Of a stretch of 32,000 nt of DNA, positions 26,326-32,000 are shown in pieces. Position numbers and translations under genes: made by a program. The stretch covers positions 6,712,577-6,744,576 of the forward strand of contig NZ_CP064686.1 of the NCBI RefSeq assembly GCF_023100905.1. The letters are read 5' to 3'. The first letter of the stretch is position 1; every line of letters begins with the position of its first letter. The notes below the pieces were generated by a model. That model was given only the letters and a program-made list of their open reading frames with translations, was not told the origin of the DNA and ran no database searches. This stretch comes from Bradyrhizobium sp. 4 (GTDB lineage Bacteria; Pseudomonadota; Alphaproteobacteria; Rhizobiales; Xanthobacteraceae).

Positions 26326-26820
26326 ATGACCCCGCTCCGCGCGGGCATCCTCGCGGCCCTGGTCACGCTCGTGGCCGACCAGGCCTCAAAGCTCTGGCTG
26401 CTGAACGTGTTCGACCTTGCCCGTCGCGGCGCGGTGAGCGTGACGCCGTTCTTCGACCTGGTACTGGCCTGGAACATCGGGATCAGCTTCGGCTGGCTCC
26501 AGAACGACGGTCAGGCTGCGCAAATGGCGCTGATGGCCGTGAAGGTCCTCGCGGTGGTTGCGCTGGCGATCTGGATGGCCCGCTCCCACACCCTGCTGGC
26601 AACCATCGCGCTCGGCCTGATCATTGGCGGCGCCATCGGCAATGGGATCGATCGCCTCGCCTATGGCGCGGTGGTCGATTTCGCGCTGTTTCACATCAAT
26701 ATCGGCGGAAATACCTATAATTGGTACGTGTTCAACCTCGCGGACGTGGCCATCGTTGCTGGCGTGGCGGCGCTATTGTATGATTCCTTCCTGGGGGTAC
26801 CCGCCGCAAAAGCGCCCTGA
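26326..26820 (+). CDS. lspA: lipoprotein signal peptidase (signal peptidase II)
   Basis: The 164-aa product MTPLRAGILAALVTLVADQASKLW...NIGISFGW...GGAIGNGIDRLAYGAVVDF...FNLADVAI carries the conserved LspA Asp-containing blocks. The track ORF from 25885 is an artefactual extension across the ileS end and the repeat. Confidence 0.9.
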   Translation: MTPLRAGILAALVTLVADQASKLWLLNVFDLARRGAVSVTPFFDLVLAWNIGISFGWLQNDGQAAQMALMAVKVLAVVALAIWMARSHTLLATIALGLIIGGAIGNGIDRLAYGAVVDFALFHINIGGNTYNWYVFNLADVAIVAGVAALLYDSFLGVPAAKAP

Positions 26821-26917
26821 TCCCGGCCGATACGGACCGGCAGGCGGAACCTTGCTGTTGCGAGGGATTATGCCGCGCGAGAGCGGCAAACTGCCACATT
26901 TTGGAACAGGTACAGTG

Positions 26918-27643
26918 ATGCGCAGCTCGAAGACCAGCGGTTCGATGGTTGAAGACCCCCGGCAGGGGTTCTGGCGGGCGTTGAAATTGTCCGCTGTCGC
27001 GCTCGGCATCGGTCTCGTCATGTCGGCTGGCGCCGCCCGCGCCGGTGACGACGGCGAGGACGACGACGACATGACCTTCGAAGAGAAGCTCATCGACAAT
27101 CTGATGTCGGGCATCGGCGCCAAGAGCATGGAGAAGAAGGGTATCGAATACCGCGAGCGGTCGCCGCTGGTGGTGCCGCCCAAGCTCGACCTGCCGCCAC
27201 CCGCCGGCGTTGAAGCCAAGAACGCACCGAACTGGCCGAAGGACCCTGACGAGAGACGCCGCAAGGAGGCCATCGCGCAGCGGAAGAAGGCCGTCAAGGC
27301 CACCGAGAGCTGGCAGGCAGGCCGGGCGTTGTCGCCCGCCGAGATGGAGGTCGGCAGGACAGCCGCACCCGAGCGCACCAGCAATGATCCTATTCAGCCG
27401 GGCACCAACGGCAATCCGTCGCTCAGCCCCGCCCAGCTCGGTTTCACCGGCGGTCTGTGGGGCATGATGTCGAACAACAAAGGCGAGGCCAAGCAATTCA
27501 CGACCGAGCCGCCGCGCCAGTCGCTGGTCGAGCCGCCGCCGGGCTACCAGACGCCGTCGCCGAGCTACGCCTATGGCGCCGGAGAGGACAAGACACGGCG
27601 GACCTATTTCGACATCATGTCCGGCAAGGACAAGGAACAATAG
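26918..27643 (+). CDS. secreted Pro/charged-rich protein of unknown function
   Basis: After a hydrophobic segment (LKLSAVALGIGLVMSAGAARA|GDD), the sequence is acidic, then basic, then Pro-rich (PPKLDLPPPAG, EPPPGYQTPSPSYAYG). Codon usage looks coding. The start is uncertain (26870, 26918 or 26945). Confidence 0.55.
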   Translation: MRSSKTSGSMVEDPRQGFWRALKLSAVALGIGLVMSAGAARAGDDGEDDDDMTFEEKLIDNLMSGIGAKSMEKKGIEYRERSPLVVPPKLDLPPPAGVEAKNAPNWPKDPDERRRKEAIAQRKKAVKATESWQAGRALSPAEMEVGRTAAPERTSNDPIQPGTNGNPSLSPAQLGFTGGLWGMMSNNKGEAKQFTTEPPRQSLVEPPPGYQTPSPSYAYGAGEDKTRRTYFDIMSGKDKEQ

Positions 27644-27841
27644 CCTCCTGTCCCTTTGCGACATCCCGACAGACGCGGTCCCGCACCGGCGGCTCGTGCG
27701 CGCCGGACGCGGTCTTTGATTGCTTATCAGTAACTTGCGCCCGAGTTGAGTTCTCTGCTTCGTGACGCGAAGCGTTTGCCGCACGGTGTACCATGCCGTG
27801 CCTCCGAGCCGGACATCCGGGCTCGGCCTTTCATAAGGATC

Positions 27842-29236
27842 ATGATGTCCTCTTACCGATCGGCTGCCCGCCTCCTTGCCGCGCTGCTTTCGACGTGTGT
27901 CCTCACGGCCGGCGCATCGCTTGCGCAGACCACGGTGACATCGGCTCCACCCGCCAGCTTCACGCTCGGAAACGGAATGCAGGTCGTGGTGATTCCGGAC
28001 CACCGCACGCCCGTCGTCACGGAAATGATCTGGTACAAGGTCGGCTCGGCAGATGAGACGCCGGGCAAGTCCGGGCTCGCGCACTTCCTCGAGCACCTGA
28101 TGTTCAAGGGTACATCGAAGCATCCGGTCGGCGAATTCTCCCAGACCGTGCTCCGCGTCGGCGGCAACGAGAACGCCTCGACCTCGGTCGACTACACCAA
28201 CTACTACCAGCGCGTGCCGCGCGAGCAGTTGCCGACCATGATGGAGTTCGAGGCCGACCGCATGACCGGCCTGATCCTCAAGGACGAGAACGTGTTGCCC
28301 GAGCGCGACGTCGTGCTCGAAGAATACAACATGCGCGTCGCCAACAATCCGGACGCACGGCTGAACGAGCAGATCATGGCCGCGCTCTATCTCAACCATC
28401 CCTATGGCCGGCCGGTGATCGGCTGGCACCAGGAGATCGAGAAGCTCGATCGCGAGGATGCGCTCGCCTTCTACCGCCGCTTCTACGCGCCGAACAACGC
28501 GATCCTGGTGATCGCCGGCGACGTCGAGCCCGCCGACATCCGCCCGCTGGTCGAGCGTAATTTCGGCTCCATCCCGGCTCAACCCGCGATCCCGGCACGC
28601 CGCGTCCGCCCGCAGGAGCCGGAGCCCGCGGCGCCGCGCACCGTGACCCTGGCCGATCCGCGCGTCGAGCAACCCGGCCTGCGACGCTATTACCTGGTGC
28701 CCTCGGCGACCACGGCCGCGGCCGGCGAAAGCGCGGCCCTCGACGTGCTGGCGCAACTGATGGGCAGCGGCAGCAATTCCTATCTCTACCGCGCGCTCGT
28801 GGTCGACAAGCCGCTCGCGGTCTCCGCCAGTGCCAGCTATTCGAGCATCTCGCTCGACCCGACCCAGTTCGCGATCTCGGCTTCGCCCAAATCCGGCGTC
28901 AGCTTCGCCGAGGTCGAGCAGGTGGTCGACGGCGTCATCGCCGACATCGCGCAGAACCCGATCCGCGCCGAGGATCTCGAGCGGGTCAAGACCCAGCTCA
29001 TCGCCGAGGCGATCTACGCCCAGGACAACCAGGCGGTGCTGGCGCGCTGGTATGGCGGCGCATTGACCACGGGCCTGTCGATCGAGGACATCCGGAGCTG
29101 GCCAGATCGCATCCGCGCCGTTACCGCCGAGCAGGTCCGCACCGTCGCGCAGAAATGGCTCGAGAAGAAGCGCTCGGTGACGGGCTATCTGATCAAGGAC
29201 ACCGGCGCCGCCAAGCGCGAGGAGAAGCGTTCGTGA
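27842..29236 (+). CDS. M16 family (pitrilysin-type) zinc metallopeptidase, catalytically competent subunit
   Basis: It has the inverted zinc motif HxxEH in GLAHFLEHLMFKG and the signal peptide LLAALLSTCVLTAGASLA|Q. The ATG is at 27842 or 27845, after AAGGA. Confidence 0.88.
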   Translation: MMSSYRSAARLLAALLSTCVLTAGASLAQTTVTSAPPASFTLGNGMQVVVIPDHRTPVVTEMIWYKVGSADETPGKSGLAHFLEHLMFKGTSKHPVGEFSQTVLRVGGNENASTSVDYTNYYQRVPREQLPTMMEFEADRMTGLILKDENVLPERDVVLEEYNMRVANNPDARLNEQIMAALYLNHPYGRPVIGWHQEIEKLDREDALAFYRRFYAPNNAILVIAGDVEPADIRPLVERNFGSIPAQPAIPARRVRPQEPEPAAPRTVTLADPRVEQPGLRRYYLVPSATTAAAGESAALDVLAQLMGSGSNSYLYRALVVDKPLAVSASASYSSISLDPTQFAISASPKSGVSFAEVEQVVDGVIADIAQNPIRAEDLERVKTQLIAEAIYAQDNQAVLARWYGGALTTGLSIEDIRSWPDRIRAVTAEQVRTVAQKWLEKKRSVTGYLIKDTGAAKREEKRS

Positions 29237-30600
29237 CCTATCCCTTCCTTCGACGTGTCTCATTCTCCCTCGTCACCGGCGCGGCACTCGCGCTTGCTAC
29301 CGTCTCGCCGTCGCAGGCGGCAGCAAAGATCCAGCATCTGACCTCGCCGGGCGGCATCGAGGCCTGGTTCGTGCAGGATGCGACTGTGCCGCTGATCGCC
29401 ATGGAATATTCCTTTGCCGGCGGCTCGGCCCAGGATCCCAAGGACAAGTCGGGCGTCGCCAATCTGGTCGGCGATCTCCTCGACGAAGGCTCCGGCGACC
29501 TCGACTCCAAGACTTTCCATGAGCGGCTCGACCGCCGCGCCATCGAGCTCTCCTTCAGCGCCACCCGCGACACCTTCCGCGGCAGCCTGCGCATGCTGCG
29601 CGACAACAAGGACGAAGCCTTCGACCTGCTACGGAGCGCGCTGACCTCGCCGCATTTCGAAACCGCCGATGTCGAGCGCATCCGTTCGCAGGTGATCTCG
29701 GGCCTGCGCCGCGAGACCACCAACCCGACCTCGCTGGCGAGCCGCAAATTCCTGGAGGTCGCCTTCGGCGATCATCCCTACGGTAGGCAGTCCAACGGCA
29801 ACCTCGACAGCGTTCCGGCCATCACGGTCGCCGACATGAAGGATTATGTCGGCCGCGTGCTCGCCAAGGACACGCTGAAGATTGCAGTGGTTGGCGACGT
29901 GGATGCCGATACGCTCGGCAAGCTGCTCGACCACACGTTTGGCAGCCTGCCCGCCAAGGCCAATCTCGTGCCGGTCCCCGACGTCGAGGCCGCCAAGCCG
30001 CCGCAACGCGCTTTCGTGACGATCGACGTGCCCCAGACCGTGATCACCTTCGGCGGCCCCGGAGTGAAGCGCAGCGATCCGAACTTCATGGCGGCCTATG
30101 TTGTCAACCACATCCTCGGCGGCGGCGGGTTGTCCTCGCGGCTCTATCGCGAGGTGCGCGAGAAGCGCGGACTGGCCTATTCGGTGTTCGAATCGCTGCT
30201 CTGGATGGAGCATTCGGCGGTCTTCATCGGCAACACCGGCACCCGCGCGGACCGCGCCGGCGACACTAACGACGCCATCGACACGGAAGTGCGCCGGATC
30301 GCCGAGGAAGGCCCGACGCAGAAGGAGCTCGACGAGGCCAAGTCCTACCTCAAGGGCTCGCAGATGCTGGCGCTCGACACCTCCTCGAAGCTCGCGCAGG
30401 CGCTGCTGCAATATCAGCAGGACAAGCTGCCGATCGACTATATCGAGAAGCGCAACGCCGTCGTGGATGCGGTCACAATGGACGACGCCAAGGCGGCCGC
30501 AAAGCGCCTCTGGGGCCAGGGCCTCCTGACCGTCGTCGTCGGCCGCGCTCCGCAGGCCGCGGCGCAACCCGCAGCCGCACCGGCGACGAAGTCGAACTGA
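29233..30600 (+). CDS. M16 family peptidase-like protein lacking the HxxEH motif (probable non-catalytic partner)
   Basis: The GTG at 29233 overlaps the upstream stop (GTGA) and lies about 8 nt after GAGGAG. The signal peptide is LVTGAALALATVSPSQA|AA. The equivalent zinc-motif position reads VANLVGDLLDEGSG. Confidence 0.85.
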   Translation: MTYPFLRRVSFSLVTGAALALATVSPSQAAAKIQHLTSPGGIEAWFVQDATVPLIAMEYSFAGGSAQDPKDKSGVANLVGDLLDEGSGDLDSKTFHERLDRRAIELSFSATRDTFRGSLRMLRDNKDEAFDLLRSALTSPHFETADVERIRSQVISGLRRETTNPTSLASRKFLEVAFGDHPYGRQSNGNLDSVPAITVADMKDYVGRVLAKDTLKIAVVGDVDADTLGKLLDHTFGSLPAKANLVPVPDVEAAKPPQRAFVTIDVPQTVITFGGPGVKRSDPNFMAAYVVNHILGGGGLSSRLYREVREKRGLAYSVFESLLWMEHSAVFIGNTGTRADRAGDTNDAIDTEVRRIAEEGPTQKELDEAKSYLKGSQMLALDTSSKLAQALLQYQQDKLPIDYIEKRNAVVDAVTMDDAKAAAKRLWGQGLLTVVVGRAPQAAAQPAAAPATKSN

Positions 30601-30714
30601 CGTCTTCCATACGCTTCCTGAAATGGCCGGGCTCGCCCGGCCATTTGCATTTCGGGGCGCCATTGCCGAACTTGGGCGTCCGGGATATGTCCGGGCATCA
30701 CGAATGGTGCCACC

Positions 30715-31131
30715 ATGCTGCGGATATCCCGCGATCTCGTCATCGACGAGGACGACATCGAGATCGGCTTCGTCCGCGCCTCCGGCCCGGGCGGGCAGAA
30801 CGTCAACAAGGTGGCGACCTCGGCGCAATTGCGCTTCGACACGCGGAAGCTGACGCTTCCGGAGGATGCCGCGCTGCGCCTCGCCCGGCTCGCAGGGCAG
30901 CGCATGACCAAGGACGGCGTCATCGTGATCCAGGCCCAACGCTTCCGCACCCAGGAGCGCAACCGCCAGGACGCCATCGACCGCCTTACGGAGATGCTCG
31001 GAGAAGCCATGATCCGGCCGAAGCCGCGGCGCGCGACAAAGCCGACCTTTGGCTCCAAGCAGCGCCGGCTCGAGGGCAAGAAACACCGCAGCGACATCAA
31101 GTCGAAGCGCGGGCGCGGTTTCGACGACTAG
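30715..31131 (+). CDS. arfB: alternative ribosome-rescue factor / peptidyl-tRNA hydrolase ArfB (YaeJ)
   Basis: The 138-aa product has the GGQ motif in ASGPGGQNVNKVATS and a basic C-terminal tail (KPRRATKPTFGSKQRRLEGKKHRSDIKSKRGR), which is typical of ArfB. Confidence 0.9.
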   Translation: MLRISRDLVIDEDDIEIGFVRASGPGGQNVNKVATSAQLRFDTRKLTLPEDAALRLARLAGQRMTKDGVIVIQAQRFRTQERNRQDAIDRLTEMLGEAMIRPKPRRATKPTFGSKQRRLEGKKHRSDIKSKRGRGFDD

Positions 31132-31144
31132 CAGAGACTGCAAA

Positions 31145-31175
31145 AGAACTCCGGCCGCAGGGCGACCGGAGTTCT
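31145..31175 (-). terminator. 10-bp perfect hairpin between the convergent arfB and small secreted protein genes
   Basis: agaactccgg (31145-31154) pairs with ccggagttct (31166-31175) around an 11-nt loop. On the minus strand only a short TTT(G) follows, and there is no U-tract on the plus strand. Confidence 0.5.
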
Positions 31176-31193
31176 GCCGTCTCACTCCATTGG

Positions 31194-31502
31194 CTAGTAG
31201 CGCTTGCCCGTGGCTGCACCGCCCGGCGCGGAATCGTCGGCGGTCCCTTTGTGTGCAGCACTGCCCGTGGTGCCAACCGTGCCCCTGGTGCCCTTCGTCG
31301 GCTTCATGCCCGTCGTCTCGCCCGCCGTGCCCGGCTGGGCGTTCATCTCCTCGTCGCCGCCGCCCATCGTGCTGCCTTGCATGGGTTTGCTTTGCACGGT
31401 GCCGCTAGGCTTGGCGCCAGACGACGTACCTTGCGCGAGAACAGGTGTCACAATGAGGGCCGAGACGGCGCATGCGATTGCGGAGGTCTTCACCAACTTC
31501 AT
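31194..31502 (-). CDS. small secreted low-complexity (Gly/Thr/Ser/Ala-rich) protein
   Basis: The ATG at 31502 lies 4 nt after AGGAGAA. The signal peptide is MKLVKTSAIACAVSALIVTPVLA|QG. The remainder is GT-rich with no recognisable domain. Confidence 0.5.
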   Translation of the reverse strand: MKLVKTSAIACAVSALIVTPVLAQGTSSGAKPSGTVQSKPMQGSTMGGGDEEMNAQPGTAGETTGMKPTKGTRGTVGTTGSAAHKGTADDSAPGGAATGKRY

Positions 31503-31807
31503 CCATTTCTCCTGGATTTTCGCGATGATCGGTTCGGCGGCTTGATGCGCCGTCCGCCTGAGCCGAACCAATCCATCGCGTTACGAGCTCGAACGGCGCG
31601 ACCGCAATGCAACCTGTCTCGTGTGGTGATCGTTTAGGGATTTGACGGCGGTTTCGCGGAATTGTCTTCCGCATATACGGCAGCGCGGAACAACGCACCC
31701 GCGTGCACCTCCGCACGCAGCGAAACAGCCCGCTACTACCACCGCATGTTTTGCCGCGCCTAGAGTTTGCGCACGCTGAATTGACGTGGACGGGCGGACT
31801 TTTGACG

Positions 31808-32000
31808 ATGCGCGCGATCGTGCTGGGATTGTGCACCGCGATGGTGCTGGTGCGGGTGGCCGAGGCGCAGATGCCCTTGCCGGCTGCAAAGCCGCCGGAT
31901 GGCGCAACACTGTTCAAGCAGCAATGCGCGGTGTGCCACACCACGAACCTGTCAGAACCGGTGCGGCAGGGTCCGCCGCTGGTCGGGATCGTCGGGCGGC
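31808..32000 (+). CDS. class I c-type cytochrome, N-terminal fragment (continues beyond the window)
   Basis: My manual translation from the ATG at 31808 gives MRAIVLGLCTAMVLVRVAEAQMPLPAAKPPDGATLFKQQCAVCHTTNLSEPVRQGPPLVGIVGR. This is a signal peptide followed by the heme-binding CxxCH (CAVCH) and a GPPLxG block. It is absent from the ORF track because no stop falls within the window. Confidence 0.75.
   Translation, partial: MRAIVLGLCTAMVLVRVAEAQMPLPAAKPPDGATLFKQQCAVCHTTNLSEPVRQGPPLVGIVGR

Noticed and set aside
26732-29263. 843-aa ORF on the minus strand
   Set aside because: It is entirely antisense to lspA's 3' end, the secreted protein gene and the first M16 peptidase, all of which have clear motifs. 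The product is Arg/Gly/Ala-rich with no domain. This is the typical stop-codon-poor antisense frame of a high-GC genome.
29629-31185. 518-aa minus-strand ORF
   Set aside because: It is antisense to the second M16 gene and to arfB (GGQ motif). It has no start context and no domain signature.
1-32000. Search for CRISPR arrays, tRNA/rRNA genes, IS elements, integrases, prophage genes, toxin-antitoxin pairs or known defence-system signatures
   Set aside because: I saw no regularly spaced direct repeats, no tRNA-like cloverleaf candidates in intergenic gaps, and no transposase, integrase or phage-like ORFs. I also saw no compositional island. Every sizeable ORF is accounted for by housekeeping or envelope functions.

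Overview
High-GC alphaproteobacterial chromosome. The gene content, synteny and small palindromic intergenic repeats look Bradyrhizobium/Nitrobacteraceae-like, which is an inference from reading, not from a search. The window is a densely packed core housekeeping region with about 34 CDS that I can support. They are: proC (3' fragment), a hotdog thioesterase, a 4-OT tautomerase, hisS, a DUF2314 protein, ilvE, a MarR + OmpR-type response regulator + EnvZ-like kinase operon, three small secreted Cys-containing proteins, a secreted RNase T2, rlmJ, a cold-shock protein, an Omp25/31-type beta-barrel OMP, uvrC-pgsA-moaD-moaE-prmB, a membrane protein + YihY/BrkB pair, a TM/coiled-coil EAL protein, a HAD-IIA hydrolase, an orphan cheY-like gene, ribF-ileS-lspA, a disordered secreted protein, a tandem M16 peptidase pair, arfB, a low-complexity secreted protein, and the 5' end of a cytochrome c that the ORF track misses because it runs off the window. 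I see no rRNA, tRNA, CRISPR array, transposase, integrase, phage genes or recognisable defence/toxin cassette. I found no convincing evidence for a new multi-gene system here. The signals most worth a second look are non-coding or domain-level. (1) A phased array of TTAA/TTAC half-sites, giving three tandem CtrA-box-like units in the divergent omp-uvrC intergenic region, with a near-identical 17-nt motif upstream of the orphan cheY. (2) A family of roughly 120-145 bp MITE/REP-like elements with identical 27-bp inverted termini and identical 68-nt core length, plus two other palindromic repeat families. (3) A TipF-like EAL protein with apparently degenerate catalytic motifs. (4) A structured, roughly 250-nt cold-shock gene leader. 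Many long ORFs in the six-frame track are antisense or alternate-frame artefacts of the GC-rich composition. Several track ORFs have N-terminal extensions that read through repeat elements, and I trimmed these to starts preceded by Shine-Dalgarno (SD) sequences.
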